Below, in pieces: positions 9,400 through 17,699 of a stretch of DNA of 64,000 nucleotides. The notes under the pieces were generated by a model. That model saw nothing but the letters and a program-made list of their open reading frames with translations, did no database searches and was not told where the DNA came from. A program made the translations under genes and the position numbers. The stretch covers positions 10,619-74,618 of the forward strand of contig DATCBU010000117.1 of NCBI GenBank assembly GCA_036511675.1, in the 5' to 3' direction. The number at the start of each line of letters is the position of its first letter. Positions within the stretch are counted from its first letter, which is position 1. This DNA is from Acidimicrobiales bacterium (lineage in GTDB: Bacteria > Actinomycetota > Acidimicrobiia > Acidimicrobiales > UBA8190).

Positions 9400-10161
9400 A
9401 TGGCGACGACGTGGGATGCCATCGACGGACCGTCTGGTGCGTTGGCCCTGCACGTCGCACCGGGGTCCTCGACACGAGGGACCCGGGCCAATGTCCTGGT
9501 GTTGTGCCACGGATTCCCCGTGGAGATGGACTCGGCCCAACGCGTCGCCGACACCCTCCCCACATTGGCCGATCGCATCGCCACCGACAACGGATACCCG
9601 GTCGTCGTGGGCTGCCTGCGGGGCGTGGGCGCCTCGGCCGGCGACTTCTCGCTCGGGGGTTGGTACGACGACCTCGGGGCCCTCGTCGACCATGCCGCGC
9701 AGATGGGCAACGGCGGTGGTGTGTGGATCGTCGGGTTCGGGACCGGCGGTGCGCTGGGTCTGTGCGTCGCGGGCGAGGACACCAGGGTTCGGGGTGTGGC
9801 CTGCTTCGGCTCGCCCGCCACCTTTGCCGACTGGGCCAACGACGGGGTGGGGATGATCGAGTACGCGCGTCGGGTGGGTGCCATCCGTTCGGCGGGGTTC
9901 CCGGCCGATCGGCGCCAGTGGGAGGCGGCCTTCGCCGCGCTGCGACCCGACGAATCGGCCCGCAAGTTGTCCCCGCGGCCCCTGCTGGTGGTGCACGGCG
10001 CCGACGACGAGGAAGTGCCCCTCGCCGACGGGCGCCGCCTGGCCGAACTCGCCGGCCCGCGTGCCGAGCTGCGGATCCTGGCCGGTGCGGGGCACCGGTT
10101 GCGTGCTGACCCGCGTGCCGTCGCCCTGCTGGCGGGGTGGCTCGAGCGACAGGGCCCCTGA
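9400..10161 (+). CDS. alpha/beta hydrolase
   Basis: A GGGAGGGA RBS precedes the ATG. A nucleophile-elbow-like GFGTGG is present, and the C-terminal LLVVHGADDEEVP...GAGHRL is typical of the fold. Confidence 0.7.
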   Translation: MATTWDAIDGPSGALALHVAPGSSTRGTRANVLVLCHGFPVEMDSAQRVADTLPTLADRIATDNGYPVVVGCLRGVGASAGDFSLGGWYDDLGALVDHAAQMGNGGGVWIVGFGTGGALGLCVAGEDTRVRGVACFGSPATFADWANDGVGMIEYARRVGAIRSAGFPADRRQWEAAFAALRPDESARKLSPRPLLVVHGADDEEVPLADGRRLAELAGPRAELRILAGAGHRLRADPRAVALLAGWLERQGP

Positions 10162-10185
10162 CCTCACGCAGGAAGGGTCGGGCCC

Positions 10186-10839
10186 TCAGGAAGAGTCGGC
10201 GTCCTCCAGGCTCTGTTCGATCGATGCCCGAAGCTGCGCGGCGGCGCGTGTCGGGTCGTCGGATTCGGTCAGGTACCGCACGACGACGAAATGGCGCGCT
10301 CCTGCGCTCACCAGTGCGGGCACGGTGTCGGGAGTCACGCCGCCGGTCACGAACACCGGTCGCGGCGCGTGGGTGGTGGCGAAGGTGATGTAGTCACGCC
10401 CCGTCCCGGGTCGTCCGGGCTTGGTCGGTGTCGGTACCACGGGGCCGGCCGAGACGTAGTCGACAGGCTCGTCGCGGCTCGCGTCGAGCTCTTCGGGAGC
10501 GTGGGTGGAGAGCCCGACGATGGCCGTCGGTCCCAGGACGCGCCGAGCCGTGGCCGGACAGACGTCGTGCTGGCCCACATGGACGCCGTCCGCTTCGATC
10601 TCCAAGGCCAGATCGGGCCGATCGTTGAGAAGGAAGGGGACGCCGTGGTCGGCGCACACCCGGGCAGCCAACCGGCCCCGTTGCACGAGGTGGCGCGCCT
10701 CGAGGTCCTTGTCCCGAAGCTGGACGATGTCCACGCCCCCGGTGATGCACGAGTCCAGGAATCCGGCGAGGTCGGGTCGATCGGCCGTGCAGAGGTAGAG
10801 CCGCCGGCCGCCGAGCTCGTCGGTGGGGCGAAGCCTCAA
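10186..10839 (-). CDS. thiE: thiamine-phosphate synthase
   Basis: Contains GGVDIVQLRDKD, FLLNDRPDLA, DGVHVGQ, YVSAGPVVPTPTKPG and FVTGGVT. Its start overlaps the upstream gene by 4 nt. Confidence 0.8.
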   Translation of the reverse strand: MRLRPTDELGGRRLYLCTADRPDLAGFLDSCITGGVDIVQLRDKDLEARHLVQRGRLAARVCADHGVPFLLNDRPDLALEIEADGVHVGQHDVCPATARRVLGPTAIVGLSTHAPEELDASRDEPVDYVSAGPVVPTPTKPGRPGTGRDYITFATTHAPRPVFVTGGVTPDTVPALVSAGARHFVVVRYLTESDDPTRAAAQLRASIEQSLEDADSS

Positions 10840-11477
10840 CGCTTTCCGGCTGTGGTCTTCTTGGTCCGTCGCGCCTTGGTGGTCGACGCTCCCGCCTTGT
10901 CGGGCTGAGTCTTCGCCTTGTTGGCAGCCTTCATGGCCTGCTTGAAAGCGCGCACGTTGTTGAGCGATTCGACGTCGGTGATGTCCGCCACCGATCGGAA
11001 GCTGCCCGGTTCGCTGAAGGGTGTGCTGACCGCGTCCCAGCCTTGGGGCCGAACGGCGAGCTGCTTGCCCAGCAGAGCGACGAAGATCTTGGCCTTCTGC
11101 TCGCCGAAGCCCGGGAGCTCTTTCACGCGCCGAAAGAGCTCGTCACCCGAGGTCGTTCCGGTCCAGATGTCCTCGGTGCGCCCCCGGTACCGCTCGACCA
11201 CGAGTTTGGCGAGCTCCTGGACGCGTGCCGCCATCGATCCCGGGTAGCGGTGCAGAGCCGGTCTCGCCGAAAAGGCGGCGGCCAGCGCCTCGGGGTCCAT
11301 CTGGGCGATGTGCTTGGCATCGAGCGTCTTCCCCAGTCGCCGCTGGAGCTCCAGCGGGCTGGCGAAGGCCCACTCCAACGGCACCTGCTGGTCGAGCACC
11401 ATCCCGACGACGAGAGCGAAGGGGCTCTTCGAGAGCAGCGCGTCGGCATCGGAGTTTTGGCTGAGATGAAGTTCCAC
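10836..11477 (-). CDS. HhH-GPD-type base-excision repair family protein with Lys-rich C-terminal tail
   Basis: Contains MVLDQQVPLEWAF...HRYPGSMA...LPGFGEQKAKIF. The last ~35 aa (KAANKAKTQPDKAGASTTKARRTKKTTAGKR) are strongly basic. Confidence 0.65.
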   Translation of the reverse strand: MELHLSQNSDADALLSKSPFALVVGMVLDQQVPLEWAFASPLELQRRLGKTLDAKHIAQMDPEALAAAFSARPALHRYPGSMAARVQELAKLVVERYRGRTEDIWTGTTSGDELFRRVKELPGFGEQKAKIFVALLGKQLAVRPQGWDAVSTPFSEPGSFRSVADITDVESLNNVRAFKQAMKAANKAKTQPDKAGASTTKARRTKKTTAGKR

Positions 11478-11546
11478 GCCACGCGAGCGTACTCAGGACT
11501 CCTGGCGCTCCGGCAGTCGGCGGGCTCGGTCGGGGCGAGCTGCGCC

Positions 11547-11888
11547 TCAGTCCTGCGAGCTGGGCTCCGAGTCGAGCATCTGGGACATGAGCACCTTGAT
11601 CGAGGCGATGGCGAACTTGCCGTCGCCCACCTCGGCCATCCAGGCCCCTTCTTCGAGCGCTTGGCACCCTTCGTAGAACCAGTAGTTGCGACGCTGGCTG
11701 GCCGACGACCTGGCTCGTCCCGGCGGGTCGGGGAGCTTGGCGATCGTGCCGGCGTCGTGTTTCATCCAGGCGTGCAGGATGTCGTCGAGGGAGAACGGTC
11801 CGAAGAATCGCTTGCGGTTGGCTTCCTTCACGATGGCCGCGAGGATGCTGTTGCGTACGAGTGTGACTTCGTCGGTCTCCGCTCGCAT
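11547..11888 (-). CDS. hypothetical protein
   Basis: 113 aa with good G/C wobble bias, divergent from the whiB-like gene. I recognise no family. Confidence 0.5.
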   Translation of the reverse strand: MRAETDEVTLVRNSILAAIVKEANRKRFFGPFSLDDILHAWMKHDAGTIAKLPDPPGRARSSASQRRNYWFYEGCQALEEGAWMAEVGDGKFAIASIKVLMSQMLDSEPSSQD

Positions 11889-11986
11889 ACTTCGAGGCTA
11901 ACCGCCGCCACCACGAATTCCGCGGTTCATTCTCCCGATGTCAAGGGGTGGAAACCCTAATTCTTCGCCCGCAACCGCACAACGTG

Positions 11987-12010
11987 GTCGAGCACGGATC
12001 CGTGCTCGAC
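11987..12010. promoter_or_regulatory. perfect 24-bp palindrome in whiB-like divergent promoter region
   Basis: GTCGAGCACGGATCCGTGCTCGAC is fully self-complementary. It lies 72 nt upstream of the ATG at 12082 and 99 nt from the divergent start at 11888. Confidence 0.45.
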
Positions 12011-12081
12011 GGTGCCCACGTAGGGTGGCCACTCGGTCCTGCCGATTAAAGGCCCTGCATGGGAGTGTCGAAAGTCTGGAC

Positions 12082-12414
12082 ATGACCAGCCTCGCAATGT
12101 CCGCAGAGTCCGGGTGTGAGAGCACGGACGAGACCGAATCCGAGAGTGTCTCGTCGGTCGTCGTCCAGCTCCTGCGTCGTCCGCGGTGGCAGACCGTGGG
12201 GGCATGTCGCGGAGAACGCGTGGAGATGTTCATTCCCGACCGCGGCGGCCCCTCGGCGCGTGCCAAGCAGTTGTGCGCGCGCTGCACGGTCCGGGCGGAG
12301 TGCCTTCGATATGCACTGGCCGTCCCCGATCTGGTGGGGTACTGGGCCGGGACCAACGAACGGGAGCGGCGCAAGCTCCGCGCTGTATCTCGTCGGGAGA
12401 AGGCGTCCGCCTGA
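12082..12414 (+). CDS. WhiB-family transcriptional regulator
   Basis: The track ORF is trimmed to the ATG at 12082. It carries the four-Cys Fe-S motif C-x24-C-x2-C-x5-C (GACRGE...LCARCTVRAEC), then GYWAG and a basic tail. Confidence 0.85.
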   Translation: MTSLAMSAESGCESTDETESESVSSVVVQLLRRPRWQTVGACRGERVEMFIPDRGGPSARAKQLCARCTVRAECLRYALAVPDLVGYWAGTNERERRKLRAVSRREKASA

Positions 12415-12477
12415 CCCGATCCACCTGAGCTGAGCTGACCCGGCCCTGGGGCGGCGCGCTCGGTACGCTCACCTCTC

Positions 12478-13341
12478 GTGCCCTCCGAACGCCGCGTCGC
12501 GCTGGTGACCGGCGCCAGCCGAGGTATCGGCCGGGCATCTGCCATCGCCCTGGCCGCTACCGGTCTCGACGTCGCCATCACGGCCCGCACCGTGAGAGAG
12601 GGCGAGGCGTTCGACGAGTCCGGCTCTGTTCGGGGCGAGCCCATACCGGGAAGCCTCGAGACTACGGCTCGAGAGATCGAGGATGCGGGCGGTCGCGCGC
12701 TGGCCATCAGAGCCGACCTCCTCGACCGCGCCTCACTGGTGGCCGCCACCGAGCAGGTGCTCGCGGAGTGGGGACGCGTGGACGTGCTCGTCAACAATGC
12801 CGTGCACACCGGCCCGGGGAGCATGGAGCGCTTTCTCGATCTCGATCTCGACATGGTGGCGGTCAAGCTCGAGGCGAACGTCGTGGCCCAGCTGGTCCTG
12901 ATCAAGGCCGTACTCCCCGGCATGTTGCAGCGCGGTGCGGGCACGATCATCGACATCACCTCGGCCGTGGCTACGAGTGATCCTCCGGCGCCCACCGGAG
13001 AGGGGGGGTGGGGACTCGGGTATGCCGTCACCAAGGGGGCGTTCCACCGGGTGGCGGGCATTCTCGCCGTCGAGCTCGGCCCCCGGGGCATCTTCGTGGT
13101 GAACGTCGAGCCCGGCTATGTCCTGACCGAGCGCATGGTGCTGGCCCAGGAGCGCCTGGGTCTCGCCGGGCGCTTTCTGGGGGCGCCCCCGTCGGTGCCG
13201 GGCTCGGTCGTCGCCTGGTTGGGTGGGGGCGCCGGGGGAATCACCGCTGACGAACGCACGGCCCTCAACGGCACGACGATCGCCGCGCCGCGCTTCGCCC
13301 GCGAACGCGCCCTGCACGCAGACTGGCGAAGGCTCCCCTAA
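12478..13341 (+). CDS. SDR-family oxidoreductase
   Basis: Contains VTGASRGIGRA, NNAV and YAVTKGA (the YxxxK motif). GTG start. Confidence 0.8.
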   Translation: MPSERRVALVTGASRGIGRASAIALAATGLDVAITARTVREGEAFDESGSVRGEPIPGSLETTAREIEDAGGRALAIRADLLDRASLVAATEQVLAEWGRVDVLVNNAVHTGPGSMERFLDLDLDMVAVKLEANVVAQLVLIKAVLPGMLQRGAGTIIDITSAVATSDPPAPTGEGGWGLGYAVTKGAFHRVAGILAVELGPRGIFVVNVEPGYVLTERMVLAQERLGLAGRFLGAPPSVPGSVVAWLGGGAGGITADERTALNGTTIAAPRFARERALHADWRRLP

Positions 13342-13718
13342 ACCGCCATTGGCGCCAAGCCGGGAGAACGACAGCCGGCCACGTGCCACCGGAGCGCACA
13401 GTATCGGCCGCCCACCGATGCGCCAGCACGGCAGTCCGCTCTGCCATGACGACACATCGGTCGTACGTCGTAATGACAGTGCACTGTGCCGTCGTGGCAG
13501 ACACCGATGTGTTCATGCGGCAATGCACTGCCGCACTGGCAGTCGCGACTGTGTCGGTGCGGCTGCGCGCTGTCATGACGACACAACGACATGCTCGTCA
13601 TTGTTGAGGATTGCCACTGGACATGAGACACGCGAACGTGACCCGTCAACGTCTTCGAGTCCCAGAAAGCACGACTTGTGTCTACGACGTCGGTCGCGCC
13701 CTGAGGAAGGAAAAGTCA
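13342..13718 (+). promoter_or_regulatory. long A/T-enriched, hairpin-rich non-coding leader/intergenic region
   Basis: No reading frame here shows the genome's G/C wobble bias. It contains multiple stems and direct repeats (detailed in findings) and lies directly 5' of the secreted-protein gene. Confidence 0.5.
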
Positions 13719-15005
13719 GTGCGAAAGATCCTTATGGCAATTGTGGCTCTATCCCTCCTCGCGTTGACGGTGGCGGTGACCTCGCCGATGGCGTCAGCAA
13801 AGGCGCACGTTGCCGCCGCGGGTCCCGCCACGCACAAGGCGCAAAAGGTCAAGCATCACAGAATCAGCAACCATGACCCCACCATTTACAACTCCACCGT
13901 GGAGCCCAATCCCGGCAACCTCGCCAGCGAGAGCTTCGAAGCTTCCGCCGCGGCGCAATTCGGGAATCAAATCAGCTTCGGCGGCACAGCCCGCACGTTG
14001 GAAGATGTCGTCGTGCAGATGAGTAGCTGGGGATGTCAATCAGGATCGTGGACAGGGTCACCGAGTCCCTGTGTGACCACGCCGGGAGCAACGTTCAGCG
14101 AACCGATCACGCTGAACATCTATAACGTCGGTCCGGCCACCGCCAATGGACCGTCGTCGGTGGGATCGCTGGTGGCCTCTGATACCCAGACGTTCAACAT
14201 CCCCTATCGCCCCTCGGCTGACGTCACAGACTGCTCCACTGCCCCGGACAACGGGACCCAGTGGTTCGATGCCGGGCTCAATACTTGCTTCAACGGGTAT
14301 CTCAACAACATCGAGTTCACCTTTGGGCACGTGAATCTTCCCAACAATGTCATCTACGGGGTGGCCTACAACACCAGTGACTGGGGTGCTGCGCCGTATG
14401 GCGATGCTACGGCCTGTCACAGTTCTTCGGGTGGCTGCGGCTATGACTCGTTGAACGTGGCCGTCTCTCAGCAGCCCAGCGCCCCCAGTGTGGGAAGCGA
14501 CACCTATCCGGGCACGGTGTACGAAGACATCGTGAACTCCGCCTACGCCGCCAATGACTACTGCGACGCCGGGGCAGCGGGGATCAACGTCTTCCGCATC
14601 GACGAGCCGGCCGGATTCCCCGCCAACAACGGGACCAACGACAACTGCTGGAGCGTCAACTACCCGACGGTGGGTGCCCCGTGGTACATCCCGGCGGTGG
14701 AATTCAACGCCTTGGTGAGCCCGTCTCCCACCATCACCAGCGCCGCCACGGTGTCGGTTGCGGCGGGGACACCGTTCTCGTTCCAGGTGACCACCACCGG
14801 CGTGCCCACACCGGTGGTCACCAAGCTGGCGGGGAAGCTGCCGATCGGTTTGGTGTTCCACTCCGGAGTGGGGACCGCCACCATCACGGGAACGGCTCCG
14901 CACACTGACCGGAACCGGTCCTACATGATTGCGGTGCAGGCCAAGAACGCTCGGAGGTCAATCGCCAGGCAACACCTGACTCTCGTTCTCACCGGCGGGA
15001 GGTAA
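13719..15005 (+). CDS. secreted protein with C-terminal Ig-like domain, function unknown
   Basis: The track ORF is trimmed to the GTG at 13719, preceded by GAGGAAGG (13703-13710). The signal peptide is VRKILMAIVALSLLALTVAVTSPMASA. The C-terminal ~90 aa (TITSAATVSVAAGTPFSFQVTTTGVPTP...TATITGTAP) resemble a bacterial Ig-like repeat. Confidence 0.65.
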   Translation: MRKILMAIVALSLLALTVAVTSPMASAKAHVAAAGPATHKAQKVKHHRISNHDPTIYNSTVEPNPGNLASESFEASAAAQFGNQISFGGTARTLEDVVVQMSSWGCQSGSWTGSPSPCVTTPGATFSEPITLNIYNVGPATANGPSSVGSLVASDTQTFNIPYRPSADVTDCSTAPDNGTQWFDAGLNTCFNGYLNNIEFTFGHVNLPNNVIYGVAYNTSDWGAAPYGDATACHSSSGGCGYDSLNVAVSQQPSAPSVGSDTYPGTVYEDIVNSAYAANDYCDAGAAGINVFRIDEPAGFPANNGTNDNCWSVNYPTVGAPWYIPAVEFNALVSPSPTITSAATVSVAAGTPFSFQVTTTGVPTPVVTKLAGKLPIGLVFHSGVGTATITGTAPHTDRNRSYMIAVQAKNARRSIARQHLTLVLTGGR

Positions 15006-15036
15006 GCGTCGGCGTCGAGCCCCACCAGAGCTTGGT

Positions 15037-15053
15037 CCCCGCGATGCGCGGGG
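15037..15053 (+). terminator. GC-rich hairpin after secreted-protein gene (weak terminator candidate)
   Basis: CCCCGCG-atg-CGCGGGG lies 32 nt after the stop at 15005. There is no real U-tract. Confidence 0.25.
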
Positions 15054-15136
15054 TGTCGCCCCTGCGATCTCTCCCCAGGAGGTCGTCGGGGCGACACCCC
15101 GTCGTGACGCGTCGGGTTCCTAGCGGTCTCACCTCC

Positions 15137-15322
15137 ATGGTCAAGGACGTGATCACGAGCGTGGTGTGGTACGAGCATGGTCACCGCATCGAGGTGAACT
15201 ACGTCGACACCGAGCCCGACTATCTCGAAGGCGAGGAACGGGTCGTCCGCGACATGGCGGAGGACGAGGGCATGTGGCTCGTGCCCAGCTCCGACGGCAT
15301 GCGGCGCTGGGTGCGCCCCTGA
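15137..15322 (+). CDS. small hypothetical protein
   Basis: 61 aa (MVKDVITSVVWYEHGHRIEVNYVD...). Nearly all codons end in G/C. There is no clear RBS and the start is uncertain. Confidence 0.4.
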   Translation: MVKDVITSVVWYEHGHRIEVNYVDTEPDYLEGEERVVRDMAEDEGMWLVPSSDGMRRWVRP

Positions 15323-15464
15323 TCGATGCCGGGGACGGGATTCCTGCAGGTCCTGACCGCTGTGCCGGTCCTGCCCGCTCTGCCGCCTGATCGCTGCGAC
15401 AATCCGCCGGACCGGTCGACGGGAGGCAGGTGAAAGTTTACGCTGCGCCCGGCAGGGGGTTCAC

Positions 15465-16412
15465 ATGGCAGAAGTGTCCCGATCCTTCCGTTGGCGCCAG
15501 CCGACGTGGCGTGGGGCCCGCCGTCGATCGGGCGTCATCGCCACCCTCGTGGTGATCTGTCTATGGTCGGTTTTGTCCGCTGCGCCCTCGGTTTCGCCAC
15601 GCAGCGCCCCGACGGCGGTGGCGGAGCGTTTGGGGTATGCGCTGGTCGGTGCCGACGGCGGAGTCTTCAGTTTTGGGACAGCGCAGTACCAGGGCGGCCT
15701 CGGCAACGACCCTCCCGCGAGCCCGGTGGTGGCGATCATGGGGTTCTGTTGCGCCTCGTACAGCCTGGTGACCGCGGCGGGAGCGGTCACCAGTTTCGGC
15801 GGCGCACCGTTCTACGGCGACCTGTCCACCATGCGACTCGCCGCGCCCATCGTCGGGGCCGACCCCGAAGGGAGTACGGGGTACTGGCTGGTCGGAGCCG
15901 ACGGCGGGGTGTTCAGCTTCGGCTCGGCCGGGTATTTCGGGAGCCTGGGAGGAAAGACGCTTCCCGCGCCCATCGTCGGGATCGCATCCTCGGGGCCCGG
16001 TGGCTACTGGCTGGTCGACAAGGCCGGTCGTGTGTACCGCTTCGGCGACGCCCCCGCTCTGGGGGACCTCAGCAGGGTCCGGCTCGACGGGCCCGTCGTC
16101 GCCATTGCGGATGAGGAATGCTCAATCGGCGACGGCTATGTCCTGGCTAGTGCCGACGGCGGGGTCTTCGCCTTCGGTTCGGCCTGCTATCTCGGTGCCA
16201 TGGCCGGCAAGCGGCTGACGGCACCGATCACCGGGATCACCACCGATGGCGACGGCTACTGGCTCGTGGCGAGCGATGGCGGGGTGTTCAGCTTCGGCAT
16301 CGCATCATTCTTCGGGTCAGAGGGTGGCCGACATCTCAATGCTCCGGTCGTCGGTCTGGCGAGCCTCTTCACACCGGCCCTTTGCAACGGGCTCCCACCC
16401 GGGCAGTGCTAG
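15465..16412 (+). CDS. secreted/membrane-anchored protein with six ~40-aa YWLV-x2-DGGVF-x-FG repeats (propeller-like)
   Basis: The N-terminus is basic with a hydrophobic anchor (RGARRRSGVIATLVVICLWSVLSA). Six repeats follow, for example GYWLVGADGGVFSFGSAGYFGSLGGKTLPAPIVGIAS. Confidence 0.7.
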   Translation: MAEVSRSFRWRQPTWRGARRRSGVIATLVVICLWSVLSAAPSVSPRSAPTAVAERLGYALVGADGGVFSFGTAQYQGGLGNDPPASPVVAIMGFCCASYSLVTAAGAVTSFGGAPFYGDLSTMRLAAPIVGADPEGSTGYWLVGADGGVFSFGSAGYFGSLGGKTLPAPIVGIASSGPGGYWLVDKAGRVYRFGDAPALGDLSRVRLDGPVVAIADEECSIGDGYVLASADGGVFAFGSACYLGAMAGKRLTAPITGITTDGDGYWLVASDGGVFSFGIASFFGSEGGRHLNAPVVGLASLFTPALCNGLPPGQC

Positions 16413-16449
16413 CCGGCCCGTCGCCCTCACTTCGTGGACGACGGGTTGG

Positions 16450-16839
16450 CTACGGCTGCTGGTACTCCTCGATGGTGGCACCCATCTGCGTCTCGATCTC
16501 CTTGAGGTCGAAGTAGTCGCGCCACCTCGTGACCTGCCCGTCGGCGTCGAGCTCGACCATGGTGCAGCCGTGCATCTCGATGCGGATCCCGCCCCCGAGG
16601 GTGCCACCCCCGATCCACTCGAAAGCGCCCCCGGTGCGGTCACCGTGAGAGGCGGTGACCTCTTGCTTCCAGTCGGGGAAGGAGGCATCGGTGATGTCCT
16701 CGACCGATTTGATGTCCGACGTGGGTGCGGTCACGGGGTCGCTGAACATGCCACCGGGTGCGAACAGCTCCCGCAAGCGCACGGTGGCGTCCGCGCCGAG
16801 CGCCAGCTTCAACCTCTTGGTCCAATCCTCCCAATCCAC
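16450..16839 (-). CDS. NTF2-like (SnoaL-type) small protein
   Basis: 129 aa. Size and the ...MVELDADGQVTRWRDYFD... pattern are typical of the NTF2 fold. Confidence 0.55.
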   Translation of the reverse strand: MDWEDWTKRLKLALGADATVRLRELFAPGGMFSDPVTAPTSDIKSVEDITDASFPDWKQEVTASHGDRTGGAFEWIGGGTLGGGIRIEMHGCTMVELDADGQVTRWRDYFDLKEIETQMGATIEEYQQP

Positions 16840-16881
16840 GACGACTCACTTCCTACCCGCGCTGGTGGCGGGTCTGGGGTC

Positions 16882-17625
16882 TCAGTCGACGGTCGACCAG
16901 AACGCCTCGAGGGCTTGTGCTCCTCGGGCGGGGTCCTGCAGCATCCACCAGTGCCCGATCCCCTCGAGCTTCTCCAACGACGCGCCGGCCCGCCGGGCGG
17001 AATTGGTCGCGCTGACGTCGGAGAGGAAGGGATCTTCGGTGGGGAGGAGCACGAGCCCCGGTTTGGGGATGTCTCGAAAGTCGGGTCCCCATTCGTGACC
17101 CACGTCCACCGCCGAGCGGTAGAGGGCGAGGATGGACTCGGCCATGAGGGGGTCCGCCCAGCTGGCCAGGGTCACGGCCCGCTCGGGCGGCACCCCGAAC
17201 ATCTCGAAGACCGAGCCGCGCTCTTCGGGCGCGATCGCCATCTGCTGTTCGAAGAACTCTTCGCCCTCACCCGGCGTCTGCCAGATCTTGGCGAAGTCGT
17301 GCCACTCGAAGTTGACGTCACCGATACCCGCAGCATCGGTCACCCATGACCGCACCAGGTCGGGTCGGGTGCTGACTACACGCACGACGAACCCTCCACC
17401 CCAGTCATGGCCGACCAGGTCGATGGGCCCCTGTGCCGCCAGCGTCTCGAGCTCGGAGACGAGCCCCTGCACGTACTCCTCCTTGGTGGAACCGAACCCG
17501 TCGGGTCGTGGGCACCCGAACCCGGGGAGTTGGGGAGTGACGATGTCGCTGCGGTGCAGCTCCGAACGCAGGTGCTCCCACACGGCAGGTGTCTCGGGGA
17601 CACCATGGACGAGGACCACAGGCAT
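16882..17625 (-). CDS. alpha/beta hydrolase
   Basis: Trimmed to MPVVLVHGVPETPAVW (start at 17625). It has an LVGHDWGG elbow and a C-terminal GHWWMLQDP. Confidence 0.75.
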   Translation of the reverse strand: MPVVLVHGVPETPAVWEHLRSELHRSDIVTPQLPGFGCPRPDGFGSTKEEYVQGLVSELETLAAQGPIDLVGHDWGGGFVVRVVSTRPDLVRSWVTDAAGIGDVNFEWHDFAKIWQTPGEGEEFFEQQMAIAPEERGSVFEMFGVPPERAVTLASWADPLMAESILALYRSAVDVGHEWGPDFRDIPKPGLVLLPTEDPFLSDVSATNSARRAGASLEKLEGIGHWWMLQDPARGAQALEAFWSTVD

Positions 17626-17699
17626 GGGGGCAGCTTGGCAGCCAGGTGGGGGCGCGCTCAAGCGGTCGTGGGCCGCCGGAAATGCCTAGGGTTCGTCCG

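Noticed and set aside
13338-13649. Minus-strand 103-aa ORF rich in Cys and His (CRHD...CQCG...CHDGTVHCHYD...CRHG), which looks like a metal-binding peptide. The plus-strand 74-aa ORF at 13383-13607 was also considered.
   Set aside because: It has a TTG start and no RBS. Many of its codons end in A/T, unlike every confident gene here. The repeated CRH motifs simply mirror the DNA direct repeat TGYCATGACGACACA. I treat the region as non-coding structured DNA/RNA.
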